The notes beneath the pieces were generated by a model. The model had not been told where the DNA came from. It ran no database searches and saw only the letters and a program-made list of their open reading frames with translations. Positions 1 to 9,487 of a stretch of DNA of 64,000 nt are shown here, one piece after another. Source of the stretch: a bacterium. GTDB taxonomy: Bacteria; UBA8248. The stretch is taken from assembly GCA_965203325.1 (NCBI GenBank), contig OZ241875.1, forward strand, positions 2,624,001 to 2,688,000, read 5' to 3'. The translations under genes were made by a program, and so were the position numbers. How positions within the stretch are numbered: the stretch's first letter is position 1; the number at the start of each line of letters is the position of its first letter.

Positions 1-1068
1 CAGAGGGGAGAACTCCACCTCGCGCGCGACGCGCTCTGGTGGGGCTACCTGGGTCTGGTCGCGCTGGTGTTCGCAGCCAGGGGAGCGCGCTCTGCGCGGG
101 AGCGGATGCGGAAGACGTTCCGAGTCGCCTATGCGGGCGGGCGCGAGGCCGTAGCGCCGGTGGGCTCCACCGTGCTCGAGGCGAGCCGCGCCGCAGATAT
201 ACCGCACGCCTCCGTATGCGGGGGGCGCGGGCGGTGCTCCACCTGCCGGGTGAAACTTCTGGGCGGTATGGACGCCCTGCCGCCCGCGCAAGTGGAGGAG
301 CAGCGCGTTCTGGAGCGCATCAAGGCGGCGCCCGACGTTCGCCTGGCGTGCCAGTTGCGCCCGGGGGCGGACCTCTCGGTTCTGCTCCTGCTGCCCGCAG
401 GCGCGGACGCGGCGCAGGGTTTCGCGCAAAAGGACTACGCCGCAGGCCAGGAGCGCGGCGTGGCCGTCCTGTTCGCCGATTTGAGAGGCTTCACCCGCAT
501 CGCCGAGAAGAAACTCCCCTACGACGTCGTGTTCTTCCTCAACTGCTACTTCGACGTGATGGGCAAGGCGATCACGAAGGAGGGAGGACTCATCAACCAG
601 TTCGTGGGAGACGGCGTCATGGCGCTGTTCGGCGTGGAGGAGGGTCCCGAAGAAGGCTGCAGGCAGGCCTTGGCGGCGGCCTGCGCCATCGTGGACGCGA
701 TTGAGGAGATGAGCGAGACGTTCGCCGATGAACTCGAAGAGCCTCTTCGCGTCGGGGTCGGCATACACACCGGCCCCACCGTGGTGGGCCACATGGGCCG
801 GGGCGTGGCGAAATACCTCACGGCGGTGGGCGATACGGTGAACACGGCCAGCCGCTTACAGGATCTGACCAAGGAATACGGTTGCAGGCTCGTCATCTCC
901 GCCCAGGTGGCGGAGCGCGCGGGCGCGGACGTCTCCGCCTTTCCCGCGCACCAGATCGAGGTGAGAAACCGCGCAGCGCCTCTCACCATCCGCGCGATCG
1001 AGAATCCACACGACGTGGTATTGGGCCGGGGGAACGATTCGCACCGCCGGTTTCATCTGTTGACCTGA
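1..1068 (+). CDS. Class III adenylate/guanylate cyclase with 2Fe-2S ferredoxin domain (5'-partial; frame open from base 1)
   Basis: CGGRGRCSTC...RLACQ 2Fe-2S motif, then VLFADLRGFT, FVGDGVMALF, GIHTG, GDTVNTASRLQ cyclase motifs; a TM segment (LWWGYLGLVALVF) lies upstream of the called start at 67. Confidence 0.92.
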   Translation, partial: QRGELHLARDALWWGYLGLVALVFAARGARSARERMRKTFRVAYAGGREAVAPVGSTVLEASRAADIPHASVCGGRGRCSTCRVKLLGGMDALPPAQVEEQRVLERIKAAPDVRLACQLRPGADLSVLLLLPAGADAAQGFAQKDYAAGQERGVAVLFADLRGFTRIAEKKLPYDVVFFLNCYFDVMGKAITKEGGLINQFVGDGVMALFGVEEGPEEGCRQALAAACAIVDAIEEMSETFADELEEPLRVGVGIHTGPTVVGHMGRGVAKYLTAVGDTVNTASRLQDLTKEYGCRLVISAQVAERAGADVSAFPAHQIEVRNRAAPLTIRAIENPHDVVLGRGNDSHRRFHLLT

Positions 1069-1120
1069 TTCTGTCTCTCCCGCATTATTCCCAGGGCTTG
1101 AACGAACCTTGAGGAGTTCC

Positions 1121-2200
1121 ATGACCACGGCGACGACGGCGTTCTACGAGGCGATTGAGAAGGCGGCGGGAGGTGAGCGGCTGTCATTCGAGGAGGGACT
1201 CGCCCTGCTCGAAGGCGACGACTTGGTGGCGCTCGGCGCCGCGGCGGACGACGTGCGCGCGCGACTGCATCCCGAGGGTTACGCCACCTACTGCGTGGAC
1301 AGGAACATCAACTACACGAACGTGTGTGACGTCTACTGCACGTTCTGCGCGTTCTACCGCCCGCCGGGCGATCACCCCGAAGCCTACATCCGCACGCGCG
1401 ATGAGATAAGGCAGAAACTCGATGAACTCTACGCCGTCGGCGGCAGGCAGATCCTGCTCCAGGGGGGTCACCACCCGGACTTGCGGATCGAATGGTACGA
1501 GGAGCTTTTCACCTGGATGAAGGGGGAATTCCCGGACCTCCATCTCCACGCTCTGAGTCCGCCCGAGATTCACCACATCGCGAGGCTTGAGGACATGCCC
1601 TATGAGGTGGTGCTCACGCGCCTGCGCGCGGCGGGTCTCGATTCGGTGCCGGGCGGCGGCGGGGAGATTCTCGTCGACCGCGTGCGGGAGAAGATATCGA
1701 GGCTGAAAGTCGACACCGAGGGCTGGCTCGAGGTCATGCGCGTCGCCCACAACCTGGGGATTCGCTCCTCCGCCACGATGATGTTCGGCCACGTGGAGAC
1801 GGATGCCGAGCGTATCGAACATCTCCACCGCCTGCGCGGGCTTCAGGACGAGACGGGCGGATTCACGGCGTATATCTGCTGGACGTTCCAGAACGACGGC
1901 GCAGCACCGCTCAAGGCGCAGACGGTGGGCAGCAGCGAGTATTTGAGGATGCTGGCCATCAGCCGCCTGTATCTGGACAACATCTCGAACTTCCAGTCCT
2001 CCTGGGTGACGCAGGGCATGAAGATAGGCGAGATATCGCTCCACTACGGCTGCAACGACATGGGCTCCACCATGCTGGAGGAAAACGTCGTGAGCGCCGC
2101 TGGCACGACTTACGCACTGAACGAGGACGACCTCCACCGCATGGCGCGGAATGCGGGCTTCACGCCCAGGCGGCGCAATTTCTTCTACGAATTGATCTAG
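1121..2200 (+). CDS. mqnC: Cyclic dehypoxanthinyl futalosine synthase (radical SAM)
   Basis: DRNINYTNVCDVYCTFCAF (CxxxCxxC), LQGGHHP, PGGGGEIL, SSWVTQG, NDMGSTMLEENVVSAAG; GAGGAG RBS before ATG 1121. Confidence 0.9.
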   Translation: MTTATTAFYEAIEKAAGGERLSFEEGLALLEGDDLVALGAAADDVRARLHPEGYATYCVDRNINYTNVCDVYCTFCAFYRPPGDHPEAYIRTRDEIRQKLDELYAVGGRQILLQGGHHPDLRIEWYEELFTWMKGEFPDLHLHALSPPEIHHIARLEDMPYEVVLTRLRAAGLDSVPGGGGEILVDRVREKISRLKVDTEGWLEVMRVAHNLGIRSSATMMFGHVETDAERIEHLHRLRGLQDETGGFTAYICWTFQNDGAAPLKAQTVGSSEYLRMLAISRLYLDNISNFQSSWVTQGMKIGEISLHYGCNDMGSTMLEENVVSAAGTTYALNEDDLHRMARNAGFTPRRRNFFYELI

Positions 2201-2212
2201 CAGCGCTCTCCC

Positions 2213-3496
2213 GTGACGACGGAACCGCCCCGAACGCCACAGACGCAGAAGATGGAGCTTTGGCTGGCGGACCTGGTCTGTCCGGTGGACGGACCGCCCA
2301 TCCGGCGCGGCGCGATCCTGACTTCCGGGGGCCGCGTCCTGGCGGTGGGGGAGGAGGCCTTCGTTCGTCCCGCGGCACCCGTGGCCGAGGAGCGCGATTT
2401 CGGCCGCGCGATTCTGATTCCCGGCCTCGTGAACGCGCACACGCACCTCGAACTCTCGGGCCTCAAGCGCGAGGCCGGACCGATAGAAGAGTGGATAGTC
2501 TCCCTCGTGCGCGAGATGCGAGGCTGGCCCGCGCACCTTTTTCTGGCCTCGGCCCAAATCGGCGCCGCCGCGAGCCTGGCGGCGGGCGTCACCTGCGCCG
2601 GCGACGTCTCGGCCTCGGGCGAGAGCGCCACGGCGATAGCGGGCGCCGGCATGCGCGGGGTGGTGTTCCACGAGGTGCTGGGGCTGGATCCGGCGCGTGC
2701 CGACGAGATTCTTACGGAAAAAATGAAAGCCTGCGACCTTTTCCCTGAATACGAAGGCCCCGTTCCGGGCGCCGTGCGGCACGGCCTGAGCCCCCATGCG
2801 CCTTATAGCGCATCGCTCGCCCTCTACCGCGCCGCGTGCGATGAGGCGAGAACGAGAGGCTGGCCCGTAGCGACGCACCTGGGCGAGAGCGCTGAGGAAG
2901 TCGAATTCTTACAGGGCGGCGGCGGCGCGCTCGCAAGAGTCCACCGGACGCTGAACGGCTCTCTGGACGGCTTCAGGCCCTCGGGTCTCCGGCCCGCCGC
3001 CCATCTCGATCTGGCGGACGCGCTGGGCGGCCTCACCCTCGCCGTGCACGCGAACCAGACGAACAATGAGGACTGGGCGGTCCTCAAAAAGAACGGGGTG
3101 CGCGTTTGTCTCTGTCCGCGATCGGCGCGTTTTTTCGGCCACCCCTTCGCCGATGCGGCGCGCATGCGCGAGGCGGGGCTGGAGCTTTGCCTGGGAACGG
3201 ACAGCCTGGCGAGCAGCCCCTCGCTCTCCCTTCTGGATGAGGCCCGCGCGCTACGCAAGGCGGATGCGGAGATCAGCGATAGTGAGTTGCTCGAGATGTG
3301 CACCCGCTCAGGGGCCGAGGCGCTCGGTTTCGAGGATCTAGGCGTCCTGAAGCCCGGCGGCGCGGCCGATTTCTGCGTCGTCTGCCCGCCGCGCGGGGTG
3401 GGCGGTTTGCACCTCGGCGACGTGTTCGAGGAGGACGCGTTCGTCGTCTGCACCGTCACGAACGGGGAGGTACGCTACGAGGCGCCGGGCGCTTGA
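2213..3496 (+). CDS. Metal-dependent amidohydrolase, probable aminofutalosine deaminase
   Basis: PGLVNAHTHLELS, SPHAPYS, THLGES, GTDSLAS motifs; directly downstream of mqnC (substrate inferred from context). Confidence 0.75.
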   Translation: MTTEPPRTPQTQKMELWLADLVCPVDGPPIRRGAILTSGGRVLAVGEEAFVRPAAPVAEERDFGRAILIPGLVNAHTHLELSGLKREAGPIEEWIVSLVREMRGWPAHLFLASAQIGAAASLAAGVTCAGDVSASGESATAIAGAGMRGVVFHEVLGLDPARADEILTEKMKACDLFPEYEGPVPGAVRHGLSPHAPYSASLALYRAACDEARTRGWPVATHLGESAEEVEFLQGGGGALARVHRTLNGSLDGFRPSGLRPAAHLDLADALGGLTLAVHANQTNNEDWAVLKKNGVRVCLCPRSARFFGHPFADAARMREAGLELCLGTDSLASSPSLSLLDEARALRKADAEISDSELLEMCTRSGAEALGFEDLGVLKPGGAADFCVVCPPRGVGGLHLGDVFEEDAFVVCTVTNGEVRYEAPGA

Positions 3497-3627
3497 GGCG
3501 GGTTCGCCGCGTGTGCCCCGATGCGGAATGCGCGCCGGGGGCCGGTGTGGTATAACCCCGAAAATTTCGTGCTCAGCGCATCTTTTCACATACGAGGCGG
3601 TATGCCTCTCAGGGAGAATGAGTATCC

Positions 3628-4233
3628 ATGGCGAGAAAACTGACGAGTTTCGATAATTCCAACTGGAAGACCCGCAAGGCCCGCTACGACGTGGCCGAGG
3701 CGGGCATCGGCCGCGTCCTGGCCATCCGCATGGCGCCCGGCGATGATCTGTTCGGCACCACGCTCAAGATTTGCCAGGAGAAGGGCGTGAAGGCGGGCGT
3801 CATCCTGAGCGTGGCGGCGAGCCTGCAAAAGGCGGTGCTCAGGAACGTCTGGCAGTTCCCCAACCCGTTCCCCATCAACGACGAGTGCCGCATCTTCACG
3901 CCGATCAACGGCCCGCTCGAACTCCTGCAGATGAGCGGCAACATCACCGAGACAGAAGCGGGCGAGCCCTACCTCCACGCCCACGTCACGATTTCGATGG
4001 GCCGGCCCGAGGCGACGTGCTTCGGCGGCCATCTCGTGGAGGGGTGCACCATCTTCAGCACCTGCGAGATGGTGATCGCGGAGCTCTCCGACATCTCCTT
4101 CATGCGCCTGATGGACAAGCACACCCGCGTGGGCGAGGTCTTCGGCATCGAGACGAACGGGAAATCGGACGCCGCGATCAAAAAAGAGATCACCAGGCGC
4201 AAGGCGCGCCCCAAGCCCAAAGGGGTGCGGTAA
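3628..4233 (+). CDS. PPC/DUF296 domain protein
   Basis: RMAPGDDL, ELLQMSGNI, YLHAHVTI, GGHL, TCEMVI motifs typical of PPC domains. Confidence 0.8.
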   Translation: MARKLTSFDNSNWKTRKARYDVAEAGIGRVLAIRMAPGDDLFGTTLKICQEKGVKAGVILSVAASLQKAVLRNVWQFPNPFPINDECRIFTPINGPLELLQMSGNITETEAGEPYLHAHVTISMGRPEATCFGGHLVEGCTIFSTCEMVIAELSDISFMRLMDKHTRVGEVFGIETNGKSDAAIKKEITRRKARPKPKGVR

Positions 4234-4265
4234 TTTTATCGGGGATCAACCTGGTTCATCTTCAA

Positions 4266-4298
4266 GGGGCCGCTCCGCATGGGGCGGCTTCTTTTTTT
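4266..4298 (+). terminator. Rho-independent terminator
   Basis: GGGGCCGCTCC-gcat-GGGGCGGCTTC stem followed by T7. Confidence 0.7.
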
Positions 4299-4316
4299 CG
4301 AGTGAGCTGCCTTGGA

Positions 4317-4800
4317 GGGGTTGTTGAATAAGTTCCGTGGAACGATTTTGGTTGCGTGTACTCTTTTGAATTTCACTCCCCCCTTGAGGGGTTGTTAAAA
4401 ACCCCATCGAGGAGGAAGTAACGCCTCCGCCCGGTTTCGGGTTTTGACCGTCATTCCGGCGAAAGCCGGAATCCATTTTCGCCTTTGCCTTTTCGCCTCC
4501 TCGCTTGGACGTCTTTACTCCCGGGCGGGGAGGAACGGAATCGAACACAAAATCGAAAAGCGAATCCTCTGGATTCCGCATCCGGACGCCGCGCGACAAC
4601 AAGGTCGTGGCTGCCCCGCCCGGTAAAAAGTCAAAATGGATTCCAGCTTTCGCCGGAATGACGGCGGTGGTCAATTCCGACCGAGGAGGGCTATTTCAAC
4701 AACCTTTCCCCGCTCGCGACTACCCCGTAGGGACAGGCCTCCGTGCCTGTCCGACACCCCGACGAAGGACAACCACGGAGGATTGTCCCTGCAGGTTACC
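4317..4800. repeat. Composite intergenic REP/MITE-like cluster
   Basis: Ends GGGGTTGTTGAATAAG (4317) and CTATTTCAACAACC (~4691-4704); inverted pair GTCATTCCGGCGAAAGCCGGAATCC (4450) / GGATTCCAGCTTTCGCCGGAATGAC (~4638); GTAG-type REP GTAGGGACAGGCCTCCGTGCCTGTCCG (4727); ACTCCCCCTTGAGGGG motif (4376). Confidence 0.8.
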
Positions 4801-4814
4801 CCCCCACTGCCGCG

Positions 4815-5366
4815 CTACAGCCAGCGGCGCACGCTCTGGCAGTATTCGCCGTATTCCTCGCCGAATTTCTCCGTGAGGTAATCCTCCTCGCGCGTGACGA
4901 TAGCCACCTGCACCGTGGCGAGGAGCGGCGTGCCCAGGACGAATATCCACAGGTTGTTGAGGAAAATCCCGAGTCCCAGGAAGAGGCATATGTAGCCGAG
5001 ATAGATGGGGTTGCGCGAGAAGCGGTAGGGGCCGTCGGTGATGAGGACGCGCGCGGGCTTGTCCGTCTCGTGGTTCGTGCGGGCGTTCCTGTAGCAGACG
5101 AGGGAGGTCGAGTTCATCACGGCGCCTGCGAGCACCATTCCCGCCCCGAGCGTGAAGCGTACGCTCTCCGGGAAGGCGTAGGTGGGGAACAGGGTGTCGA
5201 ACCCCACGCCCATGATGAAGTACATCGCGAAATACCAGACGGGCTTGATGGGGATTTGGGGATGATCCTCGGGCGTCTCCCCCTGGGGTTCGGGGCTTTT
5301 GTTCTTCCAGGGCATGAGCTTGTTCGGATCGTCGAAATCCGTGAATCTCCTGAACCAGTCTTTCAT
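4815..5366 (-). CDS. Isoprenylcysteine carboxyl methyltransferase / PEMT family membrane methyltransferase
   Basis: LITDGPYRFSRNPIYLG and REEDYLTEKFGEEYGEYCQSVRRW signatures; hydrophobic helices. Confidence 0.88.
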   Translation of the reverse strand: MKDWFRRFTDFDDPNKLMPWKNKSPEPQGETPEDHPQIPIKPVWYFAMYFIMGVGFDTLFPTYAFPESVRFTLGAGMVLAGAVMNSTSLVCYRNARTNHETDKPARVLITDGPYRFSRNPIYLGYICLFLGLGIFLNNLWIFVLGTPLLATVQVAIVTREEDYLTEKFGEEYGEYCQSVRRWL

Positions 5367-5375
5367 AGGGGGACT

Positions 5376-5648
5376 CTAGCTATCGCTCTGGTTGCGAGAA
5401 GCCTTGTAACGCTGGTTCATGCTCTGGGCGACCCCCGCCATGACGGCGGCGGTGAGGTCGAATGCGGCGTCGAGCGTCTCCTCGGAGAGGCCCGCTTTCC
5501 CGGCGTCCGCCAGGCGGCGGTCCACTCACGGCTGGCAGTTGCGCACGATGGCGACGGCGAGGCCCATCAGGATTTTCTCGCGGTCGGTGAGCAGGTCCAC
5601 TTTATGGGCGTCGCGGTAGAACTGGCGAAAATCGGCGCGCTCCGTCAT
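5376..5648 (-). CDS. AhpD/carboxymuconolactone-decarboxylase-like selenoprotein (90 aa, CxxU; Sec41 at TGA 5528-5526)
   Basis: Manual translation: MTERADFRQFYRDAHKVDLLTDREKILMGLAVAIVRNCQP-TGA-VDRRLADAGKAGLSEETLDAAFDLTAAVMAGVAQSMNQRYKASRNQSDS; AGGAG RBS; CMD pattern continues in frame on both sides of the TGA, which sits at the second Cys of CxxC; absent from the ORF track. Confidence 0.85.
5491..5528 (-). promoter_or_regulatory. Putative bacterial SECIS element of the CxxU gene
   Basis: UGA, 11 nt, then CCUGGC-GGAC-GCCGGG hairpin (5514-5499) with loop G at +18; outer CCGC/GCGG pairing. Confidence 0.65.
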
Positions 5649-5759
5649 ATTTTCTCTCCTCGGGTGGCGAACGGCGGAATCGGTGGATTATAAGGGGGCG
5701 TATGCGCATTCTCAAACATTCGGGGGCTTGTGAAGCCTTTCATCAATAAAGGATAAAAA

Positions 5760-6545
5760 ATGGATTTGGGACTTCACGGAAAAGCCGCCATCGTCACCGG
5801 CGGGAACTCGGGCCTCGGCCTTGCGGTCGCCAGGGAGCTCGCGCGTGAGGGCTGCGACGTCTGCATCTGCGCGCGGAACGAGGAGCGCCTGGCGGCGGCG
5901 AAACAGGAAATCCAGTCGGTCTCGGAGGGCGTGGTGCGCGCGATGCGCTGCGACGTGAGCGTAGCGGAAGACATCGCCGCCGTGGTGGAGGAGACGGTCG
6001 CCCTTTTCGGCACCGTCCACATCCTCGTGAGCAACGCAGGCGTGAGCACGACAAAGGATTTTCTCGACGTCGAGCGCGCGGACTGGGATTACTCGATGCG
6101 CAGCATTCTCTTCGCGGCGTCGGAGCTCAGCCGCCTGGTGATCCCCCATATGCAGCGACAGAAGTGGGGCCGCATCATCATGACGGGCTCCACGAGCAGC
6201 CGCCAGCCCCGGCCCCGCCGCGCCGTCTCGAACGCGTCGAAGGCGGCGCTGCTCAACTTCACGAAATCACTCGCCGGTGAGTTCGTGCGCGACGGGATTC
6301 TGGTCAACATCGTGAACCCGGGGCGCTTCAACACCCACTGGCCCGAGCGCATCGCGAAGATGGCGGCGGAGAGCGGCCGCAGCGAGGAGGAAGTCTACGC
6401 CGAGGTGACGAAGGACATCGCGATAGGCCGCCTCGGAGAAGCGGAGGAGTTCGCGGCGGCGGTGGCCTTTCTCGCCAGCGAGCGCGCGAGCTACATCACG
6501 GGCGCTGCGCTGCAGGTCGACGGGGGCGAGATGTCTTCGATCTAA
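5760..6545 (+). CDS. Short-chain dehydrogenase/reductase (FabG-like)
   Basis: TGGNSGLG, NAG, SNASK (atypical YxxxK), VNPG, YITGAALQVDGG. Confidence 0.92.
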   Translation: MDLGLHGKAAIVTGGNSGLGLAVARELAREGCDVCICARNEERLAAAKQEIQSVSEGVVRAMRCDVSVAEDIAAVVEETVALFGTVHILVSNAGVSTTKDFLDVERADWDYSMRSILFAASELSRLVIPHMQRQKWGRIIMTGSTSSRQPRPRRAVSNASKAALLNFTKSLAGEFVRDGILVNIVNPGRFNTHWPERIAKMAAESGRSEEEVYAEVTKDIAIGRLGEAEEFAAAVAFLASERASYITGAALQVDGGEMSSI

Positions 6546-6583
6546 AGATTCACGCGGCGCGCATCCGCTTTCGCCGGGCCGCT

Positions 6584-6614
6584 CGTGGATAAGATGTGGA
6601 CAAGGTGTGGGTTA
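6584..6614 (-). promoter_or_regulatory. Three phased DnaA-box-like 9-mers
   Basis: CGTGGATAA, TGTGGACAA, TGTGGGTTA at 11-bp spacing versus TGTGGATAA (reverse complement of TTATCCACA). Confidence 0.35.
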
Positions 6615-6803
6615 TCGAGTATTTTCATCGAGCTACCCATCAGGCTTGTCTGGTGGTCCCCGTTGCCCTGCGGCGCGGGGAATTTTTTTAGGGGTATCCA
6701 ACCGGGAAATTTCGTGTTATTATCGTTTTATATTCGCGCATTGAAATTTTGAATGTTCACGTCCAGAATGGGTGAATACAGAAAGGCGAAAGGGGAGGGA
6801 GAC

Positions 6804-7235
6804 ATGACGTCGGTTTATGATGTCGCGGAATATATTCTATCGAAAACCGGCAGGACCACGACGTGGAAACTTCAAAAGCTCGTTTATTACGCCCAGGCTT
6901 GGCATCTCGTTTGGGATGAAGAGCCTTTGTTCCCCGAAGAGATTCAGGCGTGGGCGAATGGACCGGTGTGTCCCGATTTATACAAAAGGCATCAAGGGTT
7001 TTTCCATGTCTCCACGGTCCGGGCGAACCCCGACGCATTGTCCGAGAGCGAGTGCGAGACCGTTGATGTCGTGGCGGCTCATTACGGGGAATACAGCGGT
7101 CAGCAACTGAGCGATCTCACGCATTCCGAACCCCCATGGATGAACGCAAGGAAGGGTATTCCGACCAGGGAAAGAGGCAATCAGATTATTTCACATGAAT
7201 CACTGGCGGAATATTATGGCTCCCTCCAGGAATAG
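6804..7235 (+). CDS. Panacea (DUF4065/SocA/GepA-like) antitoxin
   Basis: KLQKLVYYAQAWHL...LFPEEIQAWANGPVCPDLY...LSDLTHSEPPW signature; GGGAGG RBS. Confidence 0.88.
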   Translation: MTSVYDVAEYILSKTGRTTTWKLQKLVYYAQAWHLVWDEEPLFPEEIQAWANGPVCPDLYKRHQGFFHVSTVRANPDALSESECETVDVVAAHYGEYSGQQLSDLTHSEPPWMNARKGIPTRERGNQIISHESLAEYYGSLQE

Positions 7236-7713
7236 AGGTAGGCGGCGAAAAACAATTCCCCGACAATCCAGCCCCTCAAGCAGGGAATCTGTCAAGGAAG
7301 TTCGTCAGGAAATAAGCCAATCTCATGATCACCTGGTGATTTGCTGGCACGTGGGCAAGATCGACTGGGATGGCCCGTGGGGCATGAGGGCTTGCGAAAA
7401 TCTCGATTTCAGGCGCCTCGTCGACGAAACGATTTCAAACTGGGAAACCATGACCTGGGCCGAGTTGTATCGGGCGAGTGGCGGTAGAAGGCGAGGCACC
7501 AACCATCATCCTATCCTCGTTTCAAAACTTTCCTCGACCGCAAAGAAAAGACTCAAGGACATCGAAGAAGACGACATAGAGACAATCGTGTCATTGCGGA
7601 TCAACTCCAGGGAAAGGCTGTATGGAATCAGGGCCGGTCAGGTGTTTGAAGTGCTCTGGTACGATCCGTGGCACGACAATCGCAACAAGGCCGTCTGCCC
7701 GACCAGAAGATGA
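7216..7713 (+). CDS. Putative cognate toxin of the Panacea antitoxin (RelE-like mRNase fold suspected)
   Basis: Overlaps antitoxin 3' end; C-terminal SLRINSRERLYGIRAGQVFEVLWYDPWH strand pattern. Confidence 0.6.
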   Translation: MAPSRNRGRRRKTIPRQSSPSSRESVKEVRQEISQSHDHLVICWHVGKIDWDGPWGMRACENLDFRRLVDETISNWETMTWAELYRASGGRRRGTNHHPILVSKLSSTAKKRLKDIEEDDIETIVSLRINSRERLYGIRAGQVFEVLWYDPWHDNRNKAVCPTRR

Positions 7714-7743
7714 GGAAACCCCGCCAAGGAAGTTTTGGATGCG

Positions 7744-8118
7744 TTATGTAAGTGCTGCGGTGAACTGAAACCCCGCCCAGACGGCGAGGAGACAGCCGAC
7801 GACCGATAGCGCGACGTAGAGCGCCGCGAGGAGCCAGTCGCCCTCCTGGAACATGAGGAAGGTCTCGAGGCTGAAGGCGGAGAACGTGGTGAACCCGCCC
7901 AGCAGTCCTATCATCGTGAACAGGCGGACCTCCTCGCTGAACACCTCCCTCGCGACGAGCAGCTCGTAGGCACACCCGATAACGAACGAGCCGATGACGT
8001 TGGCCGCCAGGGTGCCGAAGGGCCAGCCTGCGCCCAGCGATCGCTGCACGAAGAGCGCCAGTCCGTAGCGCAGCGCGCTGCCGAGCGCGCCGCCGCCCGC
8101 CACCAAAAGCCAGTTCAA
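7744..8118 (-). CDS. crcB: Fluoride efflux channel CrcB/FluC
   Basis: GGALGSALRY, PFGTLAANVIGSF, GLLGGFTTFSAFSLE; TTG start after AAGGAG. Confidence 0.95.
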   Translation of the reverse strand: MNWLLVAGGGALGSALRYGLALFVQRSLGAGWPFGTLAANVIGSFVIGCAYELLVAREVFSEEVRLFTMIGLLGGFTTFSAFSLETFLMFQEGDWLLAALYVALSVVGCLLAVWAGFQFTAALT

Positions 8119-8251
8119 GTGAGGCTCCTTTCCGCCGGGTGGAATCCGAACCGTCTCGGTACCCGGAAAAAATGACACCATTGCGGGGGCGGCGCAAGAG
8201 TTTCGCTGTCCCTCGCTTTTCGGGCGCGTCTTTGTCTCCTAAAATGAGCGG

Positions 8252-9487
8252 ATGGATGAGACGCGCGTTAGCAACGCCCAAGAGGACTGGAAGGCGCAGC
8301 TGGAAGATGAGTTGCGCGAACTCACCGAAGCCAACCTGCGCCGGGGGCTGCGCACGGTCGAGGGAATGCAGGGCCCGACCATGCGTTATGGCGGGAGAAC
8401 CCTCGTCAACCTTTCCAGCAACAACTACCTGGGCCTCGCGGGCTATCCCGCCATCATCGAGGCGTCCGTGGAGGCTGCCAGAACCGCCGGCGCGAGCGGG
8501 GCCGCCTCCCCGCTCATCTCGGGCCACATGAGTGCCCACGAGGAGCTGGCGCGCGCGCTGGCCGCCTTCAAGCGAAAAGAAGCCGCGCTCGTCTTCGGTT
8601 CGGGTTTTCTGGCGAACCTGGGATTGATCACCGCCCTGGCTGGTGAGGGAGACGCCGTTTTCAGCGACGAACTCAACCACGCGAGCATCGTGGACGGCTG
8701 CAGGCTCTCCAGGGCGCGCGTCCACATCTATCCGCATGCGAATCTCAATCGTCTGGAAGACGCCCTGAAAAAGGATTCCCGAGCCCGCCGGAAGCTCATC
8801 GTGACGGATGGCGTGTTCAGCATGGACGGGGATCTGGCCCCTCTGCCCGGCATCTGCGACCTCGCGGATAAATACAATGCCATGCTCGTGGTGGACGACG
8901 CGCACGGCACGGGGGTCATCGGCGAGGGGGGCAGGGGGAGCGGCGCTTATTTCGGTGTGGAGGAGGGCGTTTCGGTCTCGATGGGCACGCTGGGCAAGGC
9001 GCTCGCCTCTTACGGCGCGTTTGCCTGCGCGGATTCGGAAGTCGTGGATTACCTCATCAACAAGGCGCGGCCCTATATTTACTCGACGAGCCCTCCGCCC
9101 GCCGTGGCCGCCGCCTCTTGCGCCGCCGTCCGGGTCGTAGAAGGCGCCGAGGGGGAGCGCCGCCGGGAGAGTCTGGCGAACCTCTGCGCGCGCTTTCGCG
9201 CGGGGCTTCGCTTCATCGGCGTGCGCGTGGGTGAACCGCCGCAGGGGGCCGAGATACCGATTTTCCCCATCATCATCGAGGACACGGAAAAAACGCTGGC
9301 CCTGGCAGAGTATCTGATGGAAGCGGGCGTCTACCTGCTCGCCATCCGCCCGCCCACGGTGCCCGAGGGCACCAGCAGGCTCAGGGCCACCCTCATGGCG
9401 ACGCACACCGAAGCGCAGATCGACCGAACGCTCGACGCTCTTGAGGCGGGACTTAAAAAGCTGGACCTTGCTCCCGGCGGCTGTTGA
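8252..9487 (+). CDS. bioF: 8-amino-7-oxononanoate synthase
   Basis: SSNNYLGL, SDELNHASIVDG, DGVFSMDGD, DDAHG, GTLGKA (PLP Lys), AIRPPTVPEGTSRLR. Confidence 0.92.
   Translation: MDETRVSNAQEDWKAQLEDELRELTEANLRRGLRTVEGMQGPTMRYGGRTLVNLSSNNYLGLAGYPAIIEASVEAARTAGASGAASPLISGHMSAHEELARALAAFKRKEAALVFGSGFLANLGLITALAGEGDAVFSDELNHASIVDGCRLSRARVHIYPHANLNRLEDALKKDSRARRKLIVTDGVFSMDGDLAPLPGICDLADKYNAMLVVDDAHGTGVIGEGGRGSGAYFGVEEGVSVSMGTLGKALASYGAFACADSEVVDYLINKARPYIYSTSPPPAVAAASCAAVRVVEGAEGERRRESLANLCARFRAGLRFIGVRVGEPPQGAEIPIFPIIIEDTEKTLALAEYLMEAGVYLLAIRPPTVPEGTSRLRATLMATHTEAQIDRTLDALEAGLKKLDLAPGGC

Noticed and set aside
4246..4881. Small ORFs within repeat clusters (VIPAKAGIH or PPTPPCQGG peptides; also 18690-19192, 48164-48823, 51762-53161)
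   Set aside because: Translations of REP/IR sequences, with no support as proteins
6584..6752. Chromosomal replication origin
   Set aside because: Only three imperfect boxes and no dnaA, dnaN, gidA or parAB context; kept only as a low-interest motif
8119..8250. Fluoride riboswitch upstream of crcB (GCAATGGTGTC resembles its 5' end)
   Set aside because: No complementary P1 strand and no downstream CUrAUGAC-type motif found
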